DNA from: a virus
Lineage: Duplodnaviria > Heunggongvirae > Uroviricota > Caudoviricetes
Virus record (IMG/VR): IMGVR_UViG_638341087_000007
Reading direction: 5' to 3' (one strand)
Length of the DNA stretch: 36,906 nt
Below the pieces are notes generated by a model. It was not told the origin of the DNA and did no database searches. It worked only from the letters and a program-made list of their open reading frames with translations. Of this stretch, positions 25,001 through 34,176 are shown in pieces. The position numbers and the translations under genes are program-made. Within the stretch, counting starts at the first letter, position 1. Each line of letters opens with the position of its first letter.

Positions 25001-25464
25001 TGAATGTTCTGCCCGTCCTTGATGCGGTGCTGGCCCGGTTGCGCGAGAAGCTGCCTCAGCTGCAGGTTGAGTACTTCCCGGAAAAGCCGTCCGAATACCG
25101 CCTCAATCATTCTGTCGGGGCGTTGCTGCTGAGCTATGCAGGATCGCGTTTCGACAGGCCGGATGATACCGGTGCGGTGATCCAGCCTCAGACTATCCAG
25201 CTCTGCGTCACGGTGGTCTTCCGACAGCTCAACGGTAAAAAAGGGGCGATTAATGTCCTGGATGCTGTCCGCCGCATTCTTGGTGGCTACACCCCGCCCG
25301 GGTGCCGCCGCCGTATCTGGCTGACCCGCGAGGTGTTTATCGGTGAAGTCAGGGGGCTGTGGCAGTACGCCCTCGACTTCGCGACTGAAAGCGTCTTTAT
25401 CGAAGACAGCGATTTACCGTCCGGCCCGCTGTTAACTGAAGTGAACTATGAGGAAAGCGAGTGA
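25000..25464 (+). CDS. Mu gp37-like protein (DUF1834-like)
   Basis: 154 aa, conserved position before the sheath gene. Confidence 0.5.
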   Translation: MNVLPVLDAVLARLREKLPQLQVEYFPEKPSEYRLNHSVGALLLSYAGSRFDRPDDTGAVIQPQTIQLCVTVVFRQLNGKKGAINVLDAVRRILGGYTPPGCRRRIWLTREVFIGEVRGLWQYALDFATESVFIEDSDLPSGPLLTEVNYEESE

Positions 25465-25715
25465 TGAAAGAATACCGCTATTCCGGCCCGGCCAGCGGCG
25501 TCACGCTGTCGGACGGAACCGAAATCCTGCTCTGGCCGGGGAAGACTGTTTCCCTGCCGGAGGAGCATGACTACGTGAAGGTACTGGTGGCGCTGAAGCA
25601 TCTGACGCCGGTATCTGAAGAAATTAAACCCGCCGGCACACCGGCTGTGCAGTCACCAAAGCGCAGGAACGGCGGTGACAGCGAGGTGAAAACGGAGGAC
25701 GCCCATGTCAGCTAA
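25464..25715 (+). CDS. small conserved protein (Mu gp38-like)
   Basis: 84 aa, overlapping start/stop with neighbours. Confidence 0.4.
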   Translation: MKEYRYSGPASGVTLSDGTEILLWPGKTVSLPEEHDYVKVLVALKHLTPVSEEIKPAGTPAVQSPKRRNGGDSEVKTEDAHVS

Positions 25716-27132
25716 CTATCTGCATGGTCCGGAAACCATTGAAGTGGAAAACGGTGCCCGCCCGGTTAAAACGGTGAAATCTGCCGTTATTGGCCTGATT
25801 GGTACCGCACCAATGGGGGATGTCAATACGCTGGTACAGTGCCTGTCTGAGAAAGACGCTGCGGCATTTGGCAGCCAGTTCACCGGCTTTACCATTCCAC
25901 AGGCGCTGGATGCGATTTATGACCATGGTGCAGGCACCGTTCTGGTCATTAACGTACTCGATCCGTCTGTGCATAAAACCGCTGTGGTCAGTGAGAATGT
26001 GTCGTTCGACAAGGCGACAGGCAGAGCCCGGCTGGCTAATCCGGTGGTCGCGCAGCTGGTACTGAAACCGGACAGCGACGGTCAGCCTTATGTTGAAGGT
26101 CAGGACTACTCGCTTGATGCACAGACCGGGGTGATTACTAACCTGGGTAAAAGCATTGCTGCAGATGCAACGGTGAAGGCCAGCTATAACTATGCTGATC
26201 CGACCAAAGTCACCCCGGCTGATATCATCGGTACCGTTAACGCTGCAGGCAACCGTACCGGCATGAAGCTGCTTAACGACAGTTTTAACCTGTTTGGCTA
26301 CTTCGCCAAAATCCTGATTGCTCCGGTATTCTGCACCCAGAACAGCGTCTCGGTTGAGCTTATCGCCATGGCTGAGAAACTGGGAGCAGTAACCTATATT
26401 GATGCGCCGGTTGGTACCACTTTTGCGCAGGCTCTGGCGGGACGAGGCCCGGAAGGCACCATTAACTTTAATACCAGCTCTGACCGTGTCCGCCTGTGCT
26501 ACCCGCATGTGAAGGTATATGACCCGGTGACGAACACGGAACGTCTGGAGCCACTGAGCCAGCGTGCGGCGGGCCTGCGTGCCAAAGTCGACCTGGACAA
26601 AGGGTACTGGTGGTCATCCTCCAATCAGGAAATTCTGGGGATCACCGGCGTGGAGCGCCAGCTGTCGGCAATGATTGACGATCCGCAGAGCGAGGTGAAC
26701 CTGCTTAACGAACAGGGGATCACCACGGTATTCAGCAGTTACGGCAGCGGCCTTCGTCTGTGGGGTAACCGGACGGCAGCATGGCCAACGGTCACCCATA
26801 TGCGTAACTTTGAGAACGTTCGCCGCACCGGTGATGTGATCAATGAGTCCATTCGTTACTTCAGCCAGCAGTACATCGACATGCCGATTACTCAGGCGCT
26901 GATTGATGCACTGACGGAGTCGGTCAACGCCTACGGTCGCAAAATGACTGGTGATGGCGCGGTACTGGGCTTCCGTTGCTGGTTTGATCCGGCCCGCAAT
27001 CCGGAAACGGAGCTGGCCGCCGGGCACCTGTTGCTGAGCTACAAATATACGCCACCACCGCCGCTGGAGCGACTGACGTTTGAGACTGAGATCACCTCGG
27101 AATACCTGTTAACCCTGAAAGGGGGCAACTGA
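25705..27132 (+). CDS. tail sheath protein (Mu L-like)
   Basis: 475 aa, immediately upstream of the tube gene. Confidence 0.75.
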   Translation: MSANYLHGPETIEVENGARPVKTVKSAVIGLIGTAPMGDVNTLVQCLSEKDAAAFGSQFTGFTIPQALDAIYDHGAGTVLVINVLDPSVHKTAVVSENVSFDKATGRARLANPVVAQLVLKPDSDGQPYVEGQDYSLDAQTGVITNLGKSIAADATVKASYNYADPTKVTPADIIGTVNAAGNRTGMKLLNDSFNLFGYFAKILIAPVFCTQNSVSVELIAMAEKLGAVTYIDAPVGTTFAQALAGRGPEGTINFNTSSDRVRLCYPHVKVYDPVTNTERLEPLSQRAAGLRAKVDLDKGYWWSSSNQEILGITGVERQLSAMIDDPQSEVNLLNEQGITTVFSSYGSGLRLWGNRTAAWPTVTHMRNFENVRRTGDVINESIRYFSQQYIDMPITQALIDALTESVNAYGRKMTGDGAVLGFRCWFDPARNPETELAAGHLLLSYKYTPPPPLERLTFETEITSEYLLTLKGGN

Positions 27133-27653
27133 TGTCAAAGATTGAGATAAACCGAATCACGAATGCCAACATCTATCTGGATGGTACTAACCTGCTGGGA
27201 CGGGCTGAGGAGGTTAAACTCCCCGATGTCTCCATGATTATGCAGGAACACAAGGCACTGGGGATGGTGGGTAAGGTGGAACTCCCGGCTGGTTTTGACA
27301 AACTGGAAGGCGAAATCAAATGGAACAGCTTTTACCGCGATGCGATGCTGTCTGCCGCGAACCCGTACAAGTCGCTGGCGCTGCAGTGTCGCTCCAGCGT
27401 CCAGCGCTACAGCTCGCAGGGGCTGATCGACGAAATCCCGCTGGTCACCTTCCTGACAATTATGTTCAAGAAGAACCCGCTGGGGACGTTTAAACAGCAC
27501 GAGAACGCCGAGTTCTCCAGTAGCTTCACCTGCACGTATATCAGACAGGTACTGGATGGTGAAGAGTTGCTGCAACTGGACTATCTGGCCAACATCTTCC
27601 GCGTCGGTGGCGTTGATCAACTGACTGACTATCGGATCAATATCGGGGGCTGA
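27132..27653 (+). CDS. tail tube protein (Mu M-like)
   Basis: 173 aa, directly after the sheath. Confidence 0.65.
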   Translation: MSKIEINRITNANIYLDGTNLLGRAEEVKLPDVSMIMQEHKALGMVGKVELPAGFDKLEGEIKWNSFYRDAMLSAANPYKSLALQCRSSVQRYSSQGLIDEIPLVTFLTIMFKKNPLGTFKQHENAEFSSSFTCTYIRQVLDGEELLQLDYLANIFRVGGVDQLTDYRINIGG

Positions 27654-27655
27654 CG

Positions 27656-27937
27656 GTGAGTGTTGAACTGACTGACAAAGGAGGGCGATGTGCGTCACTG
27701 GGCATGTCAAATGGTACGTGGTTTACCCTCCTTGATATTCCGGGGGTGGAAACCCTTTTTAATACCCGTAAAACCAATGACCCGATTGACTGCACACGTT
27801 CAAAGGCCCGCAAACTGGCCGATTTGATTGAAGCATGGGAGCCGCCCGACCACTGGTTCTCCGGCATCGGCAAATCTGAGGGAAAGGCGCTTCTCATCGC
27901 TTTCCTGCGTAACTGCAAGGGTTTTCGCACTTGCTGA
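27656..27937 (+). CDS. hypothetical protein (93 aa)
   Basis: GTG start, no clear RBS; followed by a terminator hairpin. Confidence 0.3.
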   Translation: MSVELTDKGGRCASLGMSNGTWFTLLDIPGVETLFNTRKTNDPIDCTRSKARKLADLIEAWEPPDHWFSGIGKSEGKALLIAFLRNCKGFRTC

Positions 27938-27943
27938 CATCAC

Positions 27944-27966
27944 AGGGGCTCCGGCCCCTTCTTCTT
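27944..27966 (+). terminator. rho-independent terminator after the tail tube operon
   Basis: Stem AGGGGC/GCCCCT with loop TCCG followed by TCTTCTT. Confidence 0.45.
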
Positions 27967-27983
27967 AATCTCCTTTAATATCC
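27963..27983 (+). promoter_or_regulatory. candidate late promoter element upstream of the tail chaperone operon
   Basis: TCTTAATCTCCTTTAATATCC, similar to the elements at 14663 and 22047. Confidence 0.35.
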
Positions 27984-28028
27984 GTCACGTCCACCGCCAG
28001 ACATACTGCTCTGAATTTACAAAGGAGT

Positions 28029-28370
28029 ATGATCATGTCACAGACCCAGTCCGATACTTTTACGCTGTCTTATCCTTTCACCACTGCTGCAGGTACCAGA
28101 ATTGAACAGATTGAACTGAAACGCCTGACAGTAAAAGACCTGAAGCAGGTGCGCAAAATCAACAAAGACCCGGCAGACTGGGACGAACCACTGATTGCCC
28201 GTAGCACCGGTATCCTCCCGGAAGACCTCGATAACATGGATCTTGCCGACTATATGGAGCTGCAGAAACGATTTCAGAAAATCACTGGGCTGGGCAAGAG
28301 CGACAAAAACACTGATGCAGGCGCAGGGCCTGCTGGCGAGATGGTTCAGGTTTCAGCCGGGGGAGATTGA
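28029..28370 (+). CDS. tail assembly chaperone
   Basis: 113 aa between tube and tape measure; AAGGAG RBS. Confidence 0.6.
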   Translation: MIMSQTQSDTFTLSYPFTTAAGTRIEQIELKRLTVKDLKQVRKINKDPADWDEPLIARSTGILPEDLDNMDLADYMELQKRFQKITGLGKSDKNTDAGAGPAGEMVQVSAGGD

Positions 28371-28452
28371 TGCCCTCGATACTGACGATCTGGAGATGTG
28401 GCTGGAGCAGGCTGAAGAGCAAATCAAAAGCGAGTTCGGCGACAATCAGTAA
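28195..28452 (+). CDS. tail assembly chaperone frameshift extension (overlapping +1 frame)
   Basis: ORF overlaps the chaperone 3' half in the +1 frame and ends just before the tape measure gene. Confidence 0.45.
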   Translation: MPVAPVSSRKTSITWILPTIWSCRNDFRKSLGWARATKTLMQAQGLLARWFRFQPGEIDALDTDDLEMWLEQAEEQIKSEFGDNQ

Positions 28453-28544
28453 CAACGTATCACTTAACAGCCGCCAGTCGCGGCTGTTCTGCATGGGGTT
28501 CAGACACTTCCCTTCCGTTTTTTTGCTTTCAGAGGATAGCCACC

Positions 28545-31010
28545 GTGGCCAGTGAATTTTCAGTCGGCGTCATTATTGGCGGCATTGTCGGGAGCAGCTT
28601 CCGCTCAGCCGTCAGTGGCACCCGACGCGCCCTTGATTCCCTTGGTGATACCTCCCGCCGTCTGCAGGAACGCCAGAATGCCTTAACCCGGGCAACAGAA
28701 CGTTATGGTCAACTGGGTTCTTCCCGGATGCAGCATCTCAACAGCGAGTTGCTGCGGGTAAGCCGCACCATGGAGCAAATTGAACGTCAGCAGCGCCGTC
28801 TGTCAGCAGTATCAGCCACCGGTGATGCGTTGAAGGCTAACCGCCTGGCGCTCTATGGTCAGGGTGCAGAAACCTATGCTATTGGCAGAACGCTGGGCGC
28901 ACCGGTCATGGCCTCGGTTAAACAATATGCCTCGTTTGAATCACAGTTACGGGATATCAGTGTCACAGGAGACCTGGATGCAAAACAGGAACGTGCAATT
29001 GGCCTGGCTATCAGACAGGCCTCGCTGAAGGTTAACCAACTGCAGGAGTCTCTGTTAGGGGGAGTCGGACAATTAGTTGCTGATGGTATGGCCCCCGAAC
29101 GGGCAGCAACGTTTGCAGAGATGCTTGGAAAGACCGCTACAGCAACCAAAGCCGATATGACCGACCTTGCCAAAATGACTTATGCCTTCAGCGATGCACT
29201 CAGAATCACTGATGCGAAAGAACTTGAACAGGCATTTGGTATTGCGGCAACAGGAGCCAAACTTGGGTCATTTGAGCTGAAGGATATGGCAAAAGCATTA
29301 CCCGGTATGGCTAAAGCCTTCGCTGCCCGTGGCATTTATGGAAAAGATGCGATTACCCAGATTGTTGCCAGTCTGGAGGTCGGTAAAGGTAGTGGCTCTG
29401 CAGAGGAAGCGGTCACCAATATGTCCAACTGGCTGGCAGCAATGGGCCGCGGAGATACCATCCAGAAATATGCTAAAGCCGGGGTGGATTACCAGGGGTC
29501 AATGCAGAATTACGTCGCTCAGGGTTTTTCGCAGTACGAAGCTTCACTGATGATTGCCAACCGTTTTATCGACAGTAAAGGCAAAGCGTTTTTGCAGCAA
29601 TGGAAAGCTGCAGGAGCAAGAGGCGATCAGGAAGGTCAGCAGAAACTCATGGAGTCATTTGGTCTGGCTGAGGTCTTTACCGATATTCAGACTGTCAACC
29701 ATTTACTGTCAATGCGACAGGGCTGGGATAAATACCTTTCCAGTAAGCAGGAAATGAATGCTCCGGCTGCAATGTCTACCCTGGATAAGGATGCTGCAAA
29801 GCAGAATGATACGCTTGAAGGTCGCTGGCGCAGAATGCAGATCGGCTTTAATGATTCTGCTATCAGCATCGGGCAATCCTTGCGTCCGGCTTTGCTCCAG
29901 TTGGGTGAAACATTTATTCCTTTAATGGACAGCGTCGGCAAATGGATAGCGGCAAATCCGCAGCTCGTCAGCAGCACCATAAAGGTTGTGGGCGCATTAC
30001 TCGCTTTCAGGATGGCCACTATCGGTCTCAAGCTTGGGCTGAATCTCCTTATTTCCCCCTTTGTAAGCGTCTGGAAAAATGCTGTTTTACTGCGGACCAA
30101 CTGGCGTCGACTGACTACCGCACTCGGAGAAGGTGGCAAATTACGCTGGCTTGTCACTGGATTCAGCCGGCTGGCCAGCGGAGGACTGAAACTCAGCAAA
30201 GTTCTGGCGGGCAGCCTCGTTCGCGGTTTTATGATTGCTGCACGTGCCCTTCTCTGGATTGGCCGGGCGCTGATGATGAATCCCATCGGTCTCGCTATCA
30301 CCGCCGTCGCGGCAGCAGCTTACCTTATCTACCGCAACTGGGGCGCAGTCAGTAGCTGGTTTAAACAGCGCTGGGCTGACATTCAGGAAGCCTTTAACGG
30401 CGGCATCGCGGGAATTGGTAAACTGCTGGTTAACTGGTCTCCGGCGGGTCTGCTTTATAAAGCCTTTGCGGCTGCGCTGAAATATCTCGGCGTTGATTTG
30501 CCGGCGAAGTTCACCGACTTCGGTGGTCATCTTATCGACGGGCTGATAAATGGCATCAGAAACAAATGGGAGTCACTGAAAACCAGCATAACCGGAATGG
30601 GTGACAGCATCAGTGACTGGTTCAGCGAAAAGCTGGGCATCCATTCACCGAGTCGCGTGTTTATAGGCTTTGGTGACAATATCGCGCAGGGTGCCGCCAT
30701 TGGCCTGCAACGGACCACTCCGCTTGCTGCACTGGCCGGGCAGCGCCTGGCCGCTGAAATGACACCGGATGTTCCCCGTATCCCGTCGCCGGAAATCATG
30801 GCTGCCGGATATTCAGGCCGTGGCGCAACTGCAACCGGCGGTGGAGCGTCTGGCGGTATCCAGGTCAGCTTTAATCCTCAGTTTTTCCTCAATGGTAAGG
30901 AAACCGCAGCGCCTGCCGGGCTGGCTGGTGCCCTGAATATGAGCCTGCATGAGCTGGAAAAAATGCTGGAGCGTCTGCTGGCTCAGAAACAACGTAAGGA
31001 GTACAGCTGA
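28545..31010 (+). CDS. tail tape measure protein
   Basis: 821 aa, alpha-helical, Ala/Gly-rich, hydrophobic segments in the C-terminal third. Confidence 0.8.
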   Translation: MASEFSVGVIIGGIVGSSFRSAVSGTRRALDSLGDTSRRLQERQNALTRATERYGQLGSSRMQHLNSELLRVSRTMEQIERQQRRLSAVSATGDALKANRLALYGQGAETYAIGRTLGAPVMASVKQYASFESQLRDISVTGDLDAKQERAIGLAIRQASLKVNQLQESLLGGVGQLVADGMAPERAATFAEMLGKTATATKADMTDLAKMTYAFSDALRITDAKELEQAFGIAATGAKLGSFELKDMAKALPGMAKAFAARGIYGKDAITQIVASLEVGKGSGSAEEAVTNMSNWLAAMGRGDTIQKYAKAGVDYQGSMQNYVAQGFSQYEASLMIANRFIDSKGKAFLQQWKAAGARGDQEGQQKLMESFGLAEVFTDIQTVNHLLSMRQGWDKYLSSKQEMNAPAAMSTLDKDAAKQNDTLEGRWRRMQIGFNDSAISIGQSLRPALLQLGETFIPLMDSVGKWIAANPQLVSSTIKVVGALLAFRMATIGLKLGLNLLISPFVSVWKNAVLLRTNWRRLTTALGEGGKLRWLVTGFSRLASGGLKLSKVLAGSLVRGFMIAARALLWIGRALMMNPIGLAITAVAAAAYLIYRNWGAVSSWFKQRWADIQEAFNGGIAGIGKLLVNWSPAGLLYKAFAAALKYLGVDLPAKFTDFGGHLIDGLINGIRNKWESLKTSITGMGDSISDWFSEKLGIHSPSRVFIGFGDNIAQGAAIGLQRTTPLAALAGQRLAAEMTPDVPRIPSPEIMAAGYSGRGATATGGGASGGIQVSFNPQFFLNGKETAAPAGLAGALNMSLHELEKMLERLLAQKQRKEYS

Positions 31011-31894
31011 TGTTTGCCGTACTGGGTGATATTGAGTTTGAACTGATTACCTACTGGGACGGCTTCGAGGCCACGTTTGGCGTCGATTATGCGGAGCATG
31101 CCCGCATCGAGGGTAAACCCGGCCTGCAGTTTGTCGGCGACAGGCTGGACGAAATCCAGATAAGCCTGGTCTTCCATCAGCATTATTGTGTGCCCGACGT
31201 GGAGCTGGCGAGAGTGCGAACAGCCATGAAGGCCCATCAGGCACTGGCGCTGGTCTTCGGCAACGGTGACTATCGCGGCTGGTTCGTGATTACCGATGTG
31301 ACCGCAACCAGCGAGCAGACAGACAGCACCGGTAACGTGCTGGCTGTCAGTGCCACCGTGTCTCTCCGGGAATACACCGGTGACCCGAAAAATCCTCTGC
31401 AACCGCCGGCAATACGCAGGCAGGTTCCCGGTGCCGGAGCTGTATCGGGTGCTGTTCCATCGCCTTCCGGGGTGGCGCAGTTCGTCCGTAACGGCGTCAA
31501 CTATGCGAAACAGGCGCAGTCTGTACTCCAGACCACTATCAGTGCCGTTCGGGTGGCGCAGAAAATGAAGGGTAACCCCGTTGTCGCGCTGACCCGTGTG
31601 CCGGGACTGATGAGCGGACTGGGTAATATATCCGGCGCTCTGGGGAAAAGTATTCCGGCGTTTAATGCACTCTCTGAATCCATGCCCGATGCCATCAGTC
31701 TGGCCAGAACAGCCAGTGAGGCAGCCACGTATGTACAGCAGGCGCAGTCGGCGCTGAGTGGTGTGGACAAAAGAAATATTGCAGGTGCTCTGGATACCGT
31801 TTCCGGGCAGCTTAACGCCGCCGGCACAGCATTCAACCGCATGTCTCCGGGATTAAGTGCAATGGCCGCCAGAATACTGACGAGGAGTGTGTGA
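31010..31894 (+). CDS. DNA circularization protein N-like / P2 gpU-like tail protein
   Basis: N-terminal domain pattern resembles the Mu N and P2 gpU family. Confidence 0.55.
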   Translation: MFAVLGDIEFELITYWDGFEATFGVDYAEHARIEGKPGLQFVGDRLDEIQISLVFHQHYCVPDVELARVRTAMKAHQALALVFGNGDYRGWFVITDVTATSEQTDSTGNVLAVSATVSLREYTGDPKNPLQPPAIRRQVPGAGAVSGAVPSPSGVAQFVRNGVNYAKQAQSVLQTTISAVRVAQKMKGNPVVALTRVPGLMSGLGNISGALGKSIPAFNALSESMPDAISLARTASEAATYVQQAQSALSGVDKRNIAGALDTVSGQLNAAGTAFNRMSPGLSAMAARILTRSV

Positions 31895-32106
31895 TGTTTC
31901 TTGAACATATTACCCGTGACGGAGAGCGCTGGGATTCGCTGGCATGGCAGTACTACGGTGACCCGCTGGGCTATCCCCGGATTATTGCAGCCAATCCGCA
32001 CGTGGCCATTACGCCGGTGCTGCCCTCCGGGTTGTTGTTACTGATCCCGGTTATTGAGGCTGAAGATGCCCGTACAGAAGAGGATATTGCCCCATGGCTG
32101 AGATAA
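31894..32106 (+). CDS. tail protein X-like (LysM-like)
   Basis: About 70 aa with RWDSLAWQYYGDP motif typical of P2 gpX-like proteins. Confidence 0.6.
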   Translation: MFLEHITRDGERWDSLAWQYYGDPLGYPRIIAANPHVAITPVLPSGLLLLIPVIEAEDARTEEDIAPWLR

Positions 32107-33248
32107 ACAGTACTGCGCAAGCCACATCAGCGTTAACCGGCGTCAGCGATGTGCTGACGCCGGTATTCACTCTGTGGTATCTGCAGAAAAACATCACCTC
32201 TGATATCGCGCCTTATGTCACCCGTGTGGTCTGGAGCGATAACATCAAAAATGAGTCCGATACCATTGAGGTGGAGCTGGACGACACCGATGGCCGCTGG
32301 CTGGATAAGTGGTATCCGGGCAAGGGTGACACGCTGACGCTGAAAATGGGTTATCAGGGCGAGAAACTGCTGTCCTGCGGTACATTCTCAATAGACGAGA
32401 TCGAAGTGAGTTCGCCCGCGTCCGTTGTCGCTATCCGTGGGGTGGCCACCTCGGTTAACAGTGCTCTGCGGACTAAATCCAGCCGTGGTTTTGAGAACAC
32501 CACGCTGGCAGCTGTTGCGGGGCGGATTGCCAGAAAGCACCGGCTGAAACTGGTGGGCAGCATTGAGTCCATCAGAATCGACCGGGTGACCCAGTATGCT
32601 GAAACCGACGTGGGTTTTCTGCGCCGGCTGGCCAGCGAGTATGGTTATGCAGTGAAAGTGGTCAGTGACCAGTTGATTTTTTCTCATCTGGCCACACTGC
32701 GCAGTCAGGAGCCGGTCAGGCAGTTAAAACCGCAGGATGTGGCCTGCTTTTCCCTGCGTGACACCATCAACCGGGTCTATAAATCTGCAAAGGTAAAACA
32801 CCAGAAAAGCAGCAGTAAAAAACTGATCGTCTACGAAGCTGATGGTGGTACCCGTGAAAGCGACAAAAAGCTCAAAGGCGGTAAGGTTACCAGCGCTGAC
32901 TCACTTAAAGTTAACAGCCGCGTCAGCGACCCGGACAGTGCCCGGATTAAAGCGGATTCAGCACTGGCCAGACATAACGAATACCAGCAGAACGGCTCCC
33001 TGACGCTGACGGGAACGCCTCAACTGACAGCAGGCAACAAAATTGAACTGGTGGGCTTTGGACAGTTATCCGGTCCATGGCTGATAATCACTGCCCGCCA
33101 TGCGTTTGAGCGTAACAGCGGCTACACCACAGAGCTGGAAGTGGCACGGGGGCCAGTCACAAGAGGGAAAAAACAAAAAACTCAGAAACTCACGGTTTAT
33201 CACCCGGATGGCAGTACATCGACGGTGATTAAGGAGAAGAAAAAATGA
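32094..33248 (+). CDS. baseplate hub / late control D-like protein (Mu P-like)
   Basis: 384 aa, position after the X-like gene. Confidence 0.65.
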   Translation: MAEINSTAQATSALTGVSDVLTPVFTLWYLQKNITSDIAPYVTRVVWSDNIKNESDTIEVELDDTDGRWLDKWYPGKGDTLTLKMGYQGEKLLSCGTFSIDEIEVSSPASVVAIRGVATSVNSALRTKSSRGFENTTLAAVAGRIARKHRLKLVGSIESIRIDRVTQYAETDVGFLRRLASEYGYAVKVVSDQLIFSHLATLRSQEPVRQLKPQDVACFSLRDTINRVYKSAKVKHQKSSSKKLIVYEADGGTRESDKKLKGGKVTSADSLKVNSRVSDPDSARIKADSALARHNEYQQNGSLTLTGTPQLTAGNKIELVGFGQLSGPWLIITARHAFERNSGYTTELEVARGPVTRGKKQKTQKLTVYHPDGSTSTVIKEKKK

Positions 33249-33772
33249 CTGGTGTCACCCGTCAGATCGGTACGGTCAGTGCCGTTGATGCCGACAGGGT
33301 TCAGGCCCGCGTTCGTCTGCCTGAATGCGATAATCTGCGCACAAACTGGCTTAACGTGCTACAGCGCAATACCCAGGATAACAAGGATTACTGGCTCCCT
33401 GACGTGGGGGAGCAGGTTGAGGTGCTGCTCGATGCCAACGGCGAGGATGGTGTTATTCTGGGCGCGGTGTACTCAGACGTCGATAAACCGCCGTTCAGTG
33501 ATAAAAACGTCCGGGGTACGAAATACGCTGATGGCGCGGAGTTCAGTTATAACCGCGCGACCCATACGCTGACGGTCAGAGGAGGTATTGAGCGTATCGT
33601 GGTGGAGGTTGCCGCTGATATCTCTCTCAAAGGGAAAAACCTCGACCTCACGGGAGTTACCACGATCAACGGCCCCGCGACACTCAATGGTGATCTGGAA
33701 ATCAACGGAAGCGCCCATGCAACGGGTAACATATTTGCTGATGGTCAGAACTCTAATCACCATTCCCATTGA
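33245..33772 (+). CDS. baseplate spike protein (P2 gpV / Mu gp45-like)
   Basis: 175 aa, OB-fold-like N-terminus and beta-rich C-terminus. Confidence 0.65.
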   Translation: MTGVTRQIGTVSAVDADRVQARVRLPECDNLRTNWLNVLQRNTQDNKDYWLPDVGEQVEVLLDANGEDGVILGAVYSDVDKPPFSDKNVRGTKYADGAEFSYNRATHTLTVRGGIERIVVEVAADISLKGKNLDLTGVTTINGPATLNGDLEINGSAHATGNIFADGQNSNHHSH

Positions 33773-33828
33773 ACCTTCTTAAACGCCTTTAATATCGGCG
33801 CTTACTTCCCGGGGGCAATACTGCCTCC

Positions 33829-34176
33829 ATGAAAACGACCTCAGTATTCTGGCAACCAGCTCTGCAGGCTCCCGGCGAAATCGTCCGGGGGCTGGATGAT
33901 ATCCGGCAGTCCATCCAGATCATCCTGCGGACTCCCCGCGGCAGCGACCCGCATCGCCCGGAGTTCGGCAGCAATCTGCACCTTTATATCGACTGGCCTG
34001 TCGACCGGGCCATTCCGCATGTGGTTCGCGAATCCGTCGATGCCATCAGGCGCTGGGAACCCCGCTGCCAGCTTATGTCGGTTAAACCCGCCGTCGACGG
34101 CGAACATCTTACGCTCCGGGTGAGCTGGAAAGGCTCAGACGGACAACCCCGTACTCAGGAACTGCTATGGCGCTGA
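33829..34176 (+). CDS. baseplate wedge protein (T4 gp25 / P2 gpW-like)
   Basis: 115 aa, conserved position. Confidence 0.65.
   Translation: MKTTSVFWQPALQAPGEIVRGLDDIRQSIQIILRTPRGSDPHRPEFGSNLHLYIDWPVDRAIPHVVRESVDAIRRWEPRCQLMSVKPAVDGEHLTLRVSWKGSDGQPRTQELLWR

Noticed and set aside
25708-26508. 266-aa minus-strand ORF
   Set aside because: Antisense to the tail sheath gene.
28302-28310. Classical -1 slippery heptamer A AAA AAC as the chaperone frameshift site
   Set aside because: The -1 frame reaches a stop codon within a few codons, and the extension ORF is in the +1 frame.
29687-30301. 204-aa minus-strand ORF
   Set aside because: Antisense inside the tape measure gene.
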